A DNA stretch of 63,211 nucleotides, counting the filler, from Dirinaria sp. TL-2023a (lineage: Eukaryota): NCBI GenBank assembly GCA_051941275.1. It is 18 parts of 18 records of this genome, joined end to end, with 100 filler letters (N's around TTAATTAATTAA, not from the genome) between each part and the next. Parts side by side here need not be neighbours in the genome. Positions count along the whole stretch, not along the records: positions 10,689 to 14,144 come from JAVEBF010002045.1; positions 14,245 to 17,696 come from JAVEBF010002046.1; positions 17,797 to 21,245 come from JAVEBF010002047.1; positions 21,346 to 24,791 come from JAVEBF010002048.1; 14 more parts are not named here. One strand, given 5' to 3'. The position numbers and the translations under genes were made by a program. Below are positions 11,219 to 24,267 of the stretch, piece by piece. The notes under the pieces were generated by a model. The model did no database searches, was not told where the DNA came from, and saw only the letters and a list, made by a program, of their open reading frames with translations. Each line of letters opens with the position of its first letter. The first letter of the stretch is position 1.

Positions 11219-13352
11219 ATGAGCAAATCGCAAGCGCAAGGCATATCCATGCCCACTTCCGCAAACGCGCAATCCTTCATCACCAATCTCAAGCTTCTGG
11301 GCCTTGACACAAGGGATGACTGGCCTTCAATCACCGTGCAAGTCCTTTCCAGCAAGGATGTCCAGCAGAACCAGAAACATCGCATCCATTGCGTGGAGTG
11401 GGCGCTGTACCGCCTGTTCGAGATCTGGAATCCGGAGGAAACGAAGAATGTATGATAGTCCGCCCGGTCATTGACCAGAGTCTGATCTTGTTGTGCAGAA
11501 GCTCCAACCTTTCTTCCCTCCTCTGGCGCCTCTTCAGTCATTGAATCTTCGTGCTGCGTTGTTCAGGTGTTTGAATGAGCTCAAGAAGAATGGCGTGCTT
11601 GGTAGGGAGGTTACGATTCGGAAAACTATGTTGGATGAATGCAAAGGAGAGAAGCTTGAGGAATTACTGGTTTCCTTTTCAATGACTGTGTTACGGAATG
11701 TGTTGGCAGAGGAAGAGCATGGAAAGAATACGGTTGCACGGAGGCTTGTGCTGGCTACGAAATTGCCTAAGAAGGATCAGAATTCGCTGCTGCCATTGGC
11801 TCTTGCGCATCGAGCTTCTTTGACTGCTTTACTGAGACGTAAAGATGAGCTCAGAGCGAGATATAGTGCCTTTCAACTTATGCTGGACGCGAGGAGTAAC
11901 GAGTTGACACAGCGAAAAGAGCCTCTCAAGCTTGCGGAGAAGGGACAACTAAAACCTGAAGTCTCGAGTGACGCAATTCAAAAAGCTAAGAAGCAAATGA
12001 GTGTGCATTGGCATGGAGATACGCGATGGTTGGACATTCTCATGGAAGGTGAGCAGAGGGAAGTGAATGATTCGGTTCTCAACAAGCCGTTCGAGCAGAC
12101 TTGGAAACAAGTCACCAGCGGGCACATAAATGAGGAAGCAGCCCTCGACCAATGTGGATTGCTCAAAGACCTTGAGATGAGGATTGCGAATCAAAAATCG
12201 AGAGTCCTGAAATGGAAGCAGTTTCGTGACGAGCTTGCCGAGGAGACTCGGGCTATTGGACTCAATGTTTCGTCAGTCAAGGACTCAGCGGATAAGCAGG
12301 GCCTGGAACTAGACTTCAGAGCCCACAAAGACCTTACACTTCGCAAGGATGAGCGCGCCAGCAAGGCTGCATCTCTGAGCGCATCACACCCGTTTCAGTC
12401 AGATGAATACAAAGATCTTATTGAGTCAATGCAACGAGAGCTCCAAGCAGTGGACCAGCCTAGATCAGGAACTTCATCAACAAAGGACCATGGCCGGCAA
12501 ATCAGCGCTTTCTCAAGACCCGAACGTTTGGCCTCCCAAATAGATTTGCCAGCACAGTATGGATTTACGCCAGCAATGCCAAAGATCCGCACTGGAAGAA
12601 AGCCTCTGCAAAGCGATGAACAGGGATACAATGTGTCTAGACCAGAGACTCGAAAGAGCACGGAGCAGGTCTCGTCAAAACGCAGCAGCGCGCTGAAAAC
12701 CCCTAAAGAAATCCCCCCTCCTCATTTGAAAGAGGAACAGCCATCTTTGACGACGCAATCCAGCTTCCCGGACTCTACTCAACCTGCCGAAACTACACCT
12801 GCGACAGAGCTCGACGAGGACGAAGTGTTAGCTGCAGAAATATTATCCCTGACAATTAACGCCGCTCCGTCACCCGTGAAACCTAAGTCTTCATTGATGG
12901 AGCGTACACGAAGGTCTATGGCTTTCCCGTCAGTCACGGAGGCGCAGCAAATGCCTTCATCTTCTAGCTTACAGAAAACCTCGTCTCCCGGAGCTCGCCC
13001 AAATCAACCATCGAGAGCAAATTTTGATGCCAAAGCGACCCTCTTGGAGCGGACACGCCAGTCCATGTCTGGTCTGCCAACCCACGAGCCGCGCAAGCGT
13101 ACGCATGAGAAGCGTCTTTCAAAACAATTTCCTGCAAATCAATTCGAAACCCCGCAAAAGCAGCCAGCACGCATGGAAGAGATCCGGGAGGGCACACCGC
13201 CAGAGCAGCTATTCAGTGGTGACGCTGACTACGCGAGTATCTTCAAGAGTAGACCAAGGATTGCGATGAGCCCGACCCCATCACCGATGCTAGGTAAACA
13301 GGAGGCGAATGAGCATTTTGATAGCTCCCCATTAGAAGGGGCCAGGTACTAG
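11219..13352 (+). CDS. aug6: HAUS augmin-like complex subunit 6
   Basis: HAUS6_N-type sequence FITNLKLLGLD..DWP...RIHCVEWALYRLFEIW..EETKN|KLQPFFPP..PLQSLNLRAALFRCL.ELKKNGVLGRE..RKTMLDECKG. Intron 11450-11498 (GTATGA...CTGAT...CAG). C-terminal DYASIFKSRPRIAMSP. Confidence 0.9.
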
Positions 13353-13544
13353 GTGAGGGTAGGGGGTGTGGCTGACTATAAATATAAAAATTTCCATGAG
13401 CCCATGACTGGTTTGTTAATCCGTGAATCTGTCTTTGGTATTTCCACGTTATCAAGTGGCCACGCGACGATCTTAGTGTATGGCGATGATCGTGAATAAA
13501 GCGAGGCGCGTCGGACAGACACAAACAATCCTCAGACAAACTCG

Positions 13545-13850
13545 TCGCCGCTTCATGTAAGTATATCATTTACAGACCTGAATCATATGATAGCTAAGAT
13601 ATTCGATATAGCACCACCGCTTCAATTTCGAAACCAAATCTACTCAAACCGCTACATGTGAGTATATTGTTTCGAGATCTGAATCATCTTGAAGCTCAGA
13701 CGTCGATATAGCACCACCACTTCGCTCCAAAACCGCTTCCACTCAAACTGCTCCATGTGAGTCTGTCGTTTCCAGACCTGCATCATTCTGAAGCTAAGAC
13801 ATATGATATAGCACCACTGCTTCATCTCCAAACCGCTCCCGCTTCAAATC
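13545..13850 (+). repeat. ~100-bp imperfect tandem repeat (about 3 units), each unit a putative intron plus mini-exon
   Basis: GATATAGCACCAC recurs at 13605, 13705 and 13805. CAT-GTRAGT recurs at 13554, 13655 and 13754. Confidence 0.9.
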
Positions 13851-13884
13851 TACCTCACCAAATCCTAATCCATCTACCAGAACG

Positions 13885-14144
13885 ATGTGCGTCTGCAATA
13901 TCAACTACCAGTGCAACCACGTCGACGAAAACCACAAACCCTACCAATGCCAGTGCGACCAACGCAACTTGGCAGACAAGGTATTCGTGCAGCTCTGCCA
14001 ACCATGCCGCCACCTCGCGCAGGAGACGGAGGAGGAGGAGTACATCCTCCGCGTTGAAGAGAACCGCCGCGCCTTCCCCAACCAGGGGATCACTGTGCAG
14101 CGAGGGGCGGCGATCGGGGTCAATCTGGGGCAGGAGGTGGAGCC
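13885..14144 (+). CDS. Small Cys/His-rich protein (MC...Y.C.H...C.C...C..C), 3' partial
   Basis: ORF MCVCNINYQCNHVDENHKPYQCQCDQ...LCQPCRH with GC3-rich codons, open to the contig end. Confidence 0.6.
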
Positions 14145-14244
14145 NNNNNNNNNNNNNNNNNNNNNNNNNNNNNNNNNNNNNNNNNNNNTTAATTAATTAA
14201 NNNNNNNNNNNNNNNNNNNNNNNNNNNNNNNNNNNNNNNNNNNN

Positions 14245-14547
14245 GACTAAGCTCTTCTTCCTGCCATGCTGCTTTCGCTGACCCTTCGACTTCACCGGTG
14301 ACTTTTTCGGCGTTGCGCTTCCAGCAGCGATATTCTTCGAACTAGGCTTCCTCTTGTGCTTCGACGATGGGCCAGCAGCAACTGCGGCCTTCTGTTCCGC
14401 GACCATCCTCATCTCCTCGTCACTCAACATCCTGGACCCAACAATGGCCACCTCCCCATTACCATTGGCCTGATTGTTCCAGGCGTCCTCTTGCTCCCTC
14501 TGCTCCCTTCTGGTGAGTGACGGAAAGGGGGCGGCAGTCACCTCCAT
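14245..14547 (-). CDS. 5' fragment of a Lys-rich hypothetical protein
   Basis: ATG at 14547; frame open to the contig end; coding-like composition. Confidence 0.5.
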
Positions 14548-15277
14548 TCATCTAAGTTCAGGATATATATATATATATGAAAAAAAAAAAAAAAAAATTT
14601 TTTTTATCGGGACACAACCACCACGACGCCCCTCTACACTATTATCGTGACACACCCACACGGCACTACTATGTATGCGTGACGTGTGACTCCCGTCGGG
14701 GCGCAACCACCAGCCAGCCAGGATCAAACCACCCAGGGGTCGTCGCGCGCAACGATTCAGCCATACTAATTATCGCGCGCGATCCTAAATGCGTCTGCTT
14801 CACACACCCGCAGGCCCCCCGATGGGGGGTTGAGGGAGGTCCGGGGCGGATTTCTGTCTGTCTTCTTTGGCACATGCAGCGCTCGCTACTGTTTTGCGTC
14901 CTCGGCTTTTCTTTTTGAGGCGGCCAGGATCTACGTTATGGGAAGTACACCAGTGTGGAGTATCAAAGCTTTGGAAAACGGCTGCAAGAAGATGTGGCTC
15001 ATTTTAGTTGAGTATCGGTACGACTGAGTTGAAAAAGTATATGTACTAGGCCTTGTTTGTGAAACGAGGTTTGAAATGAAATTGGAAAAGGTGCTAGCAC
15101 TGTTCGTACAGGGTAATTTTGCCGATAGCATTACGATTTTTCCCCGGAAAGCCATGGACATAGGCAAAGTATTCTTTTGCTTAGGGTATCAGGCTTTCAG
15201 CAATTGCCATCGCGTTCCCGCACGTATGGAAGACCGCGACGTTTAGTATAACAGAAAATATAAAAGTATGAAGAAAT

Positions 15278-16617
15278 CTAGACTACCGTCTCGCTATCCT
15301 CTACTGATCGAGAAACATCAGTTATAGGCTTCCCATCATTCCCCGCAATATAAGTCCTCATCCCCGTCAGCGTCGCCGAAGGGATATCAGGGAGCTCCTG
15401 CCCTTCCACCTCCACCCATGGGGTTTTCGCCCTAATCCTCCTCATCATGCGCTCCCGGATCGTATTCGAGGGATCATACCGCGGCTTGGAACGCCTAGAA
15501 CCACCTTCACTAAACACCGTCCGCATGGCGGTGACCGAGGCCATGATACAGGCGATGCAGGCCTCCATGTAAATCCAGTACAAGTCCCAGGTGATATCCT
15601 CGGCTTTACGGATCCGGAAACCAGCAGCCCTCACAAAGGCAATGCACACCATCACCAGGGACAGGCAGAGGAAGCCTCCGAGGGAAACCTTCTGCGCCAG
15701 CCGCATCTGCGTTTTTCTGAGAAGGACGATGGGGATGCTCACGACTTGAAATGAAAACACACTTTCATTAGCGGAAACCGTAGAGTTGGAAGTGTGGGGG
15801 AGAAAATGAACTGTACATACTCATGAGATCGGTGGAAATATCCAGTGCAGTCCCTAACGCCGTCAGGGAAACCGTCAACGCGTAGGGAGTCTGCGGCAGG
15901 CATTCCTCTGTACGATGAGTACTCATTAGACCGAAAATCTTCCGAATTCTTTATCCGAAGTACGAGGACGAGGCCAACTCACTCACTTGCTGCCCGAAAT
16001 GGGGACAGACGATGAAATCCTCGCACTCGAAGAACCCCCACGCAAGGAACGTCAAGCCGACAGTACACCAATAGAAGATACTCAACCCCTTCGTAGAAAC
16101 CCTCCCAATCAACTGTTTAAAAAGCGCCAGAAAAGACGCTTTGACGGAGAACGTCGTCGTCCACATGATACAAAAGAACGCATCCACGATAGTCAAGGAG
16201 TCGAACAGCGCAGCCAGCTGGGTCGGCTCGATCACGACACTCGGATCCGTGGCTAGCGCCTCGTCGACGAACATGACCTTGTAGAAATGTACTATCAGCC
16301 CTGTGCCCGCGCAGAGGCAGAGCAGGGCGAAACATAGGAAGGCGTCGTCGAGGTAGAGGCGCCGGCGCGCTGTTAGTAATCGCCCCGCGAACCGCGCCAG
16401 CACGCTGAAGACTGCGATGCCGAAGAAGACGCATATGGAGACCTTTGGCGGTTCTGGTCAGTGCGCGACCTCGAAGCCGTATGGACGGGGGAGAGCTTAC
16501 GATGAAAGCGGTCCTTGGTATCCTTCCCGCAGCAGCGATTTTTTGGGCCTGATTATGCGCGAGCTGCCCTATCGCTGCCGGGGAGGTTGTGGGATCCGAC
16601 ACCGACGAGCTCGCCAT
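15278..16617 (-). CDS. PTH11-like (fungal rhodopsin-domain) integral membrane protein
   Basis: Multi-exon gene with motifs RRRLYLDDAFL, WTTTFSVKASFLALF, LDISTDLM, SIPIVLLRKTQMRLAQKVSLGGFLCLS and W.YMEACIACIMAS. Canonical GT-AG introns near 16500, 15986 and 15820. Confidence 0.88.
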
Positions 16618-18389
16618 GATGTTATTCTCAGAGTTGCTTCGCTAAGTTTTCTTGGTACTCTCTGCTCTGCTCCTTTTTACGTAGGTGAGACTCTCTGTCT
16701 CTTTGCAAATTCTGCAGCTTCAGTAGTGTCTGCATGATGTACATGATATTTCCTTGCACGTGGCAAATAATAAGCAAGTCGCAATACCGCATCCTTCCGA
16801 AAACATAAGGTATGGCCGATAGGGCTGTGCAACATTTCTCGCGTGGCGAGGCGCTGAGGGTGCTACGAGCTGAACTCGCCCGTCGCAGTACCTACTGCAC
16901 TCGCCACTGAACGACGATTATTTGCCTCTGATAAAAAAAAAAACCTTGAAAAGTGGAGCAGCCATTCTTCAAGGTCACTTTTTGTGCCACCCAAGAGAAA
17001 ATCCAAAGGATACGCTTATTGGTTCGCTCGGGCGTCCAAAACCCCATGAAACATACCTAGTCCTCGAGTCCAGCTTGGCAAGGGTCCGGCCCCATTCTTT
17101 CAAAGGAGACCCAGGATATGTTTAAACATGGGCCAGTTTTAGTGTCATGCCGTTTATGATCTGCACGCAAGTGATATAGCATACTCCGTACCTAAACAGC
17201 ACTACCTTATCTACGCCCCGTTTCCTCGCAAAATATGCTACCCTTCATACTGTCCTGATTCATCCGCCTTCATCGTCGTCATCGCAATGTACCTACCTAT
17301 CTATCTATCTAACTTTCATCATCGCACCTCATTATTGCCGCCGATGAGTGGAATAGAAATAAAACCTCTTCAAATGCCATATTGCTAAAAGCTTGAATGA
17401 AGTTGACACTTCAAAACCTCTCCGTATCAGCTTACTCACTCACCGCTTCTTAAGTAAGTAAGCAAGCTGATCATCAGCGCAATAATTGTACCTACCTATG
17501 CCCTTACCTTCTGTTTCTGTCTCAATCGATCTCGCTCTGCATCAGAAGCTCTCTGACTATGTGCCGTATGTCAGGATCAATCAATGCATGTTCGATGAAA
17601 TTTACTTCGTATATGAAACATCGATATGACACAGAATCGAGACTGTGTTGGTATATTGTAAAAGAAATCAATTTGAGGCGGATGACAATATGTTTGNNNN
17701 NNNNNNNNNNNNNNNNNNNNNNNNNNNNNNNNNNNNNNNNTTAATTAATTAANNNNNNNNNNNNNNNNNNNNNNNNNNNNNNNNNNNNNNNNNNNNTTCA
17801 AAGGATGATAAAACAAGCGAGCATGCTTTTTTGCCTCCATTCCGTCAGTTCTATTTTGTTCTCTGGCCTGTGCCTGTTCTCATTCTTTGCCAGCAGCCGA
17901 GGAGTATTGGCGGCTGGCTGACGGCCACCACCAGCGATCCATACGCTCTGAGAGTCATCTTTGGAATCCGGCTCCACGTGTGGTGTGCTCGTGCTAGCAG
18001 TGAAGGAATTCCTGTGATTCAAAAGCGACCATGACAAACCAGCCAACCACTCTTACCTTGGTACCAGCCTTTGATTGAATTGAAAATCGTGAGAACAGTT
18101 ATTTGAGTCTTGAATGATGCCGATATTAGAGCAACTTTAGAGACATACTATCAAACCAATTTCGTGATCACGAAATATGGTGAGAAAGGCTCAGAGCGTA
18201 ACTCACAATTCTTCGCGAGTTCTGAGTGATATCTGAACTCTTAGTTTATCACATTACAGAGACGTTTTAAAAGTCTTGAAAGACTCAATGTTCCTCTTTT
18301 CCTTAATTTTATTACTCAGTAATCGGTTTCCAGTCTTGATTCTGATTTAGTCATTATTGCTGCTAATCGTGGGACCAAATTTTGTTCAT

Positions 18390-20340
18390 TATGGAAAAGA
18401 TCAACATGAAAGAATGACGAAGTCAACGAGTACGCGTGTATGGTTCATTCCATCAGCATACAAGCGGCGGTTCCGACTGTAAAAGCGTTCTGCACTCTTT
18501 ATTACTCCTCTTCTCTATCACTCCAAGCTCAGCTAACGAGCAGCTCCTAGCGAACCATACTCAAAGATCTTCACCTTTCTTGTAAGTTTACGACTCATAA
18601 AATGATCGATCATCCTGCGAAACAAGGAGCCAAGCAGTCCAACGACTCTGGACAGAGGCAGCGACCTTCACTCAATATCTGGATTCAACCTCTTTCAAAG
18701 GAAATAATAAAGAACATCAGCACACCTAGTATTTAAAAGTAGCTTTAAGGAACAACAGCAGCTAGGTTTTCAGATGGAGTCTGCCGTGACCTTTGAGTCA
18801 GTAATCGAAGCATTAGTTGCTCGTCGACACTGTCTGGGGTTACGTAACATACGCTGTAACTATCCAAAGAATTCAGAACTGATTATGAAGTGTTGGTCGG
18901 ATTACTGACAGTTGTCCATCAGTAGATCGTAGAGAGGGCGTATCGACGCGGACGCCTTCGGAAATCTTAATGCAAGCGGTGTTAATTACTAAGAAGAAGA
19001 GTTTAGCCGGCAATAATACATCGACAGATGGCTTAAAAAGGACTCAAAGACACTATAAAAGGTTATACATCAAAAGTACCTTATTCTGTACTCATTGTCT
19101 GCGCTCTCAATATTTTTAACTATCTCGTCGATAAACTCATGAAAGAACGCGAAACTTCCGACTTACAGAGAAGACCTAATCTGACGAGAGAAGATACGCT
19201 CATACAAACGACGCAACATACACACTGGAAGAAATACATCTATTTGACATATTCGAGCCATGAATAAAATCCATTACAATCCCAGCCTCAGAGATAGCTT
19301 TATTTCAGTCGCTTAAATCAGAGAAAAATTTGTCAAAATACGACGAAGCCAACTTAACCCTCAATGAAATTTCAAAGCATACTCGATCAAGATTCGCCTA
19401 AAAGCTTCGAACTCACGACTGTCAAATCGAAAGAAAATGAACCGTCAATGAAAAAGAAATCAAGCTTCTATTTTCTGCATGAGATCGGAAAAAAGGTCAA
19501 GGATCTTGAGACGAGACAGAGCACAATTTAGACGAAGAGAATAGCTGCGCTGTATCGATAAAATCCCCTGTTCAATCGACATTCATCTCCTTTGAGCCAA
19601 GGAAAAATCCCAATATCGAGTGTTCCCATCGCTTTTCGACTATGATTTCAATGGGAGCGAAATTTTAAAATGACGAAATAGTACTCAATCGGTATTGTTG
19701 AAATCATTCTGCGATTCCACTAGATTCAGTATATTGTTCGAGCTGAATTGAAACAAGAGCAAAGAAATGGATGCGAATAAGATAGAAGATCTAGAAACAG
19801 AACAATACGAGAAAATATTTGGAAAGAAAAGCGTGTTGGACATCGACTCACACTCTTTCCACCAAAAGACCCTCTCCGTCATGAAGAACCTAGCTCGCAC
19901 TTCTTAAAAAAAATGTCGCAGCAAACGCTCCCAACGTTATCTCTCCAAGAACAAATAATACGAAAAAGAGAATTAGCGCTTCAAAAACTTCAACTATTTA
20001 ATAAAACCCTTCTACACTATTATCGATTTACAAACACGCCATGGATCAAAAAATCGAGATAAGGCAGTTCCTAATAGATCGATACGATCAGATAAAGAAG
20101 TACGTCGATTGCAATAAAAAATGACAATTCATGATTTGTGAATCCATGCAGCAAGAATAGTCTCGCGCACACGAGAAACACTGGATAAAGCGAAAGAAGA
20201 AATGCGGTGATTCGAGGAGTGCTGATTAATGGATGTCGTTGAGAGATTATCACGAAAGAAACGATGTGAAAGAGTATCGTCATCGGCTCCAAAAAATCTA
20301 AACAGACCACTCAAGTCAATATCATTGGTAGATTAAATAA
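18390..20340 (+). pseudogene. A-rich, heavily mutated gene relic with a kinesin-light-chain-type TPR motif
   Basis: Residual splice signals (GCTAAC...TAG ~18532-18550; GTAAGT 18582). YEKIFGKK...HQKTLSVMKNLART at ~19805-19905 resembles the HPxTLxSMxNLAxT TPR repeat. Numerous stops. Confidence 0.35.
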
Positions 20341-21881
20341 CGAAGTGAGACAAATCGATCTAATCCCTTATCCTATCTTCTAACTATTCAACGCTAACCC
20401 TCTTCCTCAAAACGATCCCCTTTCTCTCCTTCTGTAATACCACAAACTTTAAAGTCCTATCAAAACGATTCAGTGCTTGAGATCGCGGTGAGAAGAGTCG
20501 ATGAGTCGAGATCTAGTTCTTCACGGGCTTCAACTTATTAAAATACCTTAGTTCGTGCACCACCGAGATGTCACCAAAATCGTTTCTGTAAGTGAGAGAC
20601 TCGAGTTTCAGCTCTTATTCGAATAGTACTGCGGCTTTTGTTTTTTGCAGCAGGGATTGAGGAACAAGGGAAAAATAATTGACGCAGCATGCTCCTGACC
20701 TGGCCTGGCTCCGATCCCGTCTTCTTCTTTTCCACAAAGAGGCCGGGGTTACAGGCTCTTGGTCTTGATAGGAGACATTCGATACTATTCGCTACCAGCG
20801 TTGAATAATAAAGTGAAAAATCCCCTATAAAAAGCTCGCCAGTATATTCAAATCTCATCCCCAATAAAACCAACTACAAAAAAACCATCAACACGACCGA
20901 GAATAAAAGGCGTTACTTCCAAAAATTCTACAAATTGAACATGACTACGCAACTAGACGAGATCCTGCTCCTGAACGCACGCAGTCAATTTCTATATACG
21001 TCTCATCGCAACAAGACCACTCACTCTAATATCAATAAGACAAAATCAGATCATCCGATGATACGAGCGACTCAGATTGACACGGAGCATTTGACAAAGA
21101 TGTTGCGCAGGGAAAATTGTTGTGACGAGATTAATTTCAATTACATTGTTCTTAATCTCATTATTTCATTTCGATTATCTCAAACTGTTACGGCTGGTAT
21201 ATGCTGGGATATTGCCACCATGGTTCCTTCTTAGCTTAGCTTCTTNNNNNNNNNNNNNNNNNNNNNNNNNNNNNNNNNNNNNNNNNNNNTTAATTAATTA
21301 ANNNNNNNNNNNNNNNNNNNNNNNNNNNNNNNNNNNNNNNNNNNNAAAAAAAAAAAAAAAAAAAACAATATTTCCCCGAATATTATATTCAACTTTCTTC
21401 CAAAAAAAAAAAAAGATATATTTTCACGACGATACTCCGTCCTCCTTCTTTCAATCTCTCAATCCCCCATCCTCTCCTCATCACAACAATCATAACCAAC
21501 CCTGACCAGAACATTAATTGCTACAAACAACCAAACAAAATACATGCGTGCGTGTGTAAGTTGTCGAATATTCTCGACGTTTCGCGGACTCGATAGTAAT
21601 GATAATTTTTCTTCTTCGCGGAAGAGAAAATCGAGGGGACATTCATCACATTGAAGTTCGAAACGAAGGAGAGAGGGAGTGAATACTTGGCTCTATTGAT
21701 ATTGCAGTAGATTCGTAGCCCGGCATCATGTACGGGTGATTCGCATCGCCGGCGGCCGTGCACGGGCACATATGTGTGAGAGAAAGAGAGAGAGAGAGAA
21801 ATAAAACCGGCGGTCATTCATTCGTTCATTCCCTTCTCAGATCGAAAGATAAGATAGATAAGATCAATCGATAGATACGAT

Positions 21882-21882
<1 letters not shown>

Positions 21883-21912
<30 letters not shown>

Positions 21913-21928
21913 CTGAAAGTGTGTGTGT
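21883..21928. repeat. (TG)n microsatellite
   Basis: Long TG run; a (GA)n run also occurs at ~21778-21799. Confidence 0.9.
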
Positions 21929-22413
21929 ATCAAATTGCTTCGAAAAAACCGACCAAAGCACGTAAGGTGCCTAGGGTCTACGATCCATTGATCTCCTCTC
22001 TTTGCAACGTATCTTACCAGCACAGACAGACCGACCCCTGAATCTCCTCCTTTCTTCCCCCCCGACCCCTTTATTAAGCCAAAAAAACAAGAAAACAAGC
22101 CCCAAAGCCCCAAAGTGCATATGCTACAAAAACAATAATAATACCGCGCTCACAGCCCAAAGATGTGTGTGTCCCCTTTTCGCGCCGCCGAGCATAAATA
22201 CGCAAAAACCCCCATTTATGTATATATATGCATGCAGAAGAAGCTTGTGGCGAACCCCCTTGTATGGAATGTATTCGTGAAATTTTTTGGGCGCTCGAGT
22301 GGACCGCGACCTCCTCCCGGAGCCCAAAAGCGCATCTTGCTTCGAAAATTTCGTGTACCCAGCAGATGCACATGATACCAGTGAACACTACGTATATGAC
22401 CCGATTCCAAGTA

Positions 22414-24267
22414 TCATGAATTGCCCAGACGTCTTCGGCGACCACGAGTGCCGCCTTCTGTTCGCTGGTCTAGGACTTCGCGAAGGAGCGAATCGTTCAT
22501 GTCTCGATCCGGATGATTGACTCGGACATGCCTTGGTAGAGGTTTCAGCAATGGCTCAGCAACAGAGAAGGGAGAAGAGGAGGAGCGAGAGAAGGAGGAC
22601 GGATGGCTGCTGTTCGAAGATCGCGCTTTCTGAATAGCGAAAAACCAAAAACTTACCTCTGTAAATTGTCCGGACGGGGATATTTGTGTTCTCGCTCTGG
22701 GCAGAATGGGCAGATGTAGCCGGGAGATCGGTGCACAAGCCCATGCCGGATCATTTCGTTCTTCCGCTTGAAGCCTTTCCCACCTTCGGATCTCGAGCAA
22801 TCCTTCACCGGGCAGTAGTGCGGCCGATTCTGGGAGTGCACGTTTGCATGTGAGCTAAAATTTCGGTCATTAGGCAACTCTAACTGGTAGGCCAGGGGCT
22901 GAGACCTACTTCAATAGATACTGAGTCTGGAACGAAACCGCGGTACATCCCGGATGTTCACACCGGAACACCCCTCCACCCACGTAAGGTCCGCCGCTGA
23001 GAGGTGGTAGGATGGGTCGCGTTCCTTCTGTATTCATGGTCTCCGCGCTCAACGGATTCTCGGTGCTGCTCGTAGTACTTTGGCGGTTCTCTGCAGACAC
23101 CGGCGGTATATCCTCGCTTTGGTGTGCCTGTCTACCTGGATAAAACTGCCGTTCGTGCTTTCGCGGGGGAGACATGCTGGTGGCATCTTGGCTATGCCCG
23201 TGCGATCCCCTGGTGGAGGTATCGCTGAACGTGCTACTCACAGGTGAGGGCTGGGTTGGGGGGTATGCTGGGCGCTGGAACTGGCCGTTGATCCGAGCCT
23301 GCGGGGTCGGGAACGTTGCTCGCGACGGTAGCGGGACAGTTGAGGGCGATTGCAGCGGGAAGGTGTGGCGCGGGCTCATACCGAGGGGCCGAATATCACT
23401 CTCTTTCGGCGACCGAGTGTCATAAGGCAAGGCCAGATGGTGCAAAGAGGGCAAGTTTTGCTGATTACTTGGAGATTTCCCCGTTTGCGAGTTAGGAGAG
23501 TGCTGAATGGCGGGCAGCGTCTCCATCGGGGACCCCTCAGAGGGTGCAATGGTGTGCTTACGCAGCTTAGGGGAGATCATGGTCGAATGAGATCCATTAC
23601 GCCCAAGGGCAGAGCCAATGTGGTCCGAGCCAAGAGAGCCAGTCTCGAGCGGCCTGCTCTCCACCTTCAGGGTGTCTGGGCCATGGGTTGTAGGAGTAGC
23701 CGGCGTTGATTGCTCTCGCACCTGTTCACCCTTTTGTCCACCCACCGTAGGTTGGCTCGAAGGGTTAGATAATAGCGACGTGGGCTTCAGTTCCAGTGTC
23801 TGTATTTTGAGGGGTCGATTTCGCCCTACGCCATCAGATTCAGGGCTATAGCTTCGACTTCGCGGTGCCTCGTGTCGGCTAACTTTGATGGCATCGAAAG
23901 CGACTTGGGCCAAATTTCTTCCATCCTCCATAGCCAAGTCGCTGTCACCGGCTTCCGAATGCGAAGCCGAGTTCAGCGGCTCTTCGGCCGCTCTTGTTGC
24001 TATGTCCGAATTGTTGTTCCCTGCCAGAACACCGATCAGCACGCCGTCGCCTTGCGATGGCTGCGTCCGACCTTTCCGGCGGCTCCTTTTGGGAGCGGTC
24101 GAAAGCTCGGGGGTTGGAGACTTTGGCGGAGGTGTCGGATACTCCGGCGATGACGAAGGTTTCAGTATCACGTCACGCCTCACCAACGGTGGAGTACGAC
24201 TAGGAGCGGCGTCATCCGAGTCATAGAATTCTGTCGCCAGCTTCGCTCTGTGTGGCGTGGGAAGCAC
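22414..24267 (-). CDS. C2H2 zinc-finger transcription factor; first exon not located
   Basis: Spliced FRCEHPGCTAVSFQTQYLL|NSHANVHSQNRPHYCPVKDCSRSEGGKGFKRKNEMIRHGLVHRSPGYICPFCPEREHKYPRPDNLQR|HVRVNH gives three fingers. Donors GTAGGT (~22909) and GTAAGT (~22656). Confidence 0.9.

Noticed and set aside
13545..13850. CRISPR-like array
   Set aside because: The context is eukaryotic, whole units are homologous with no unique spacers, and there are no cas genes.
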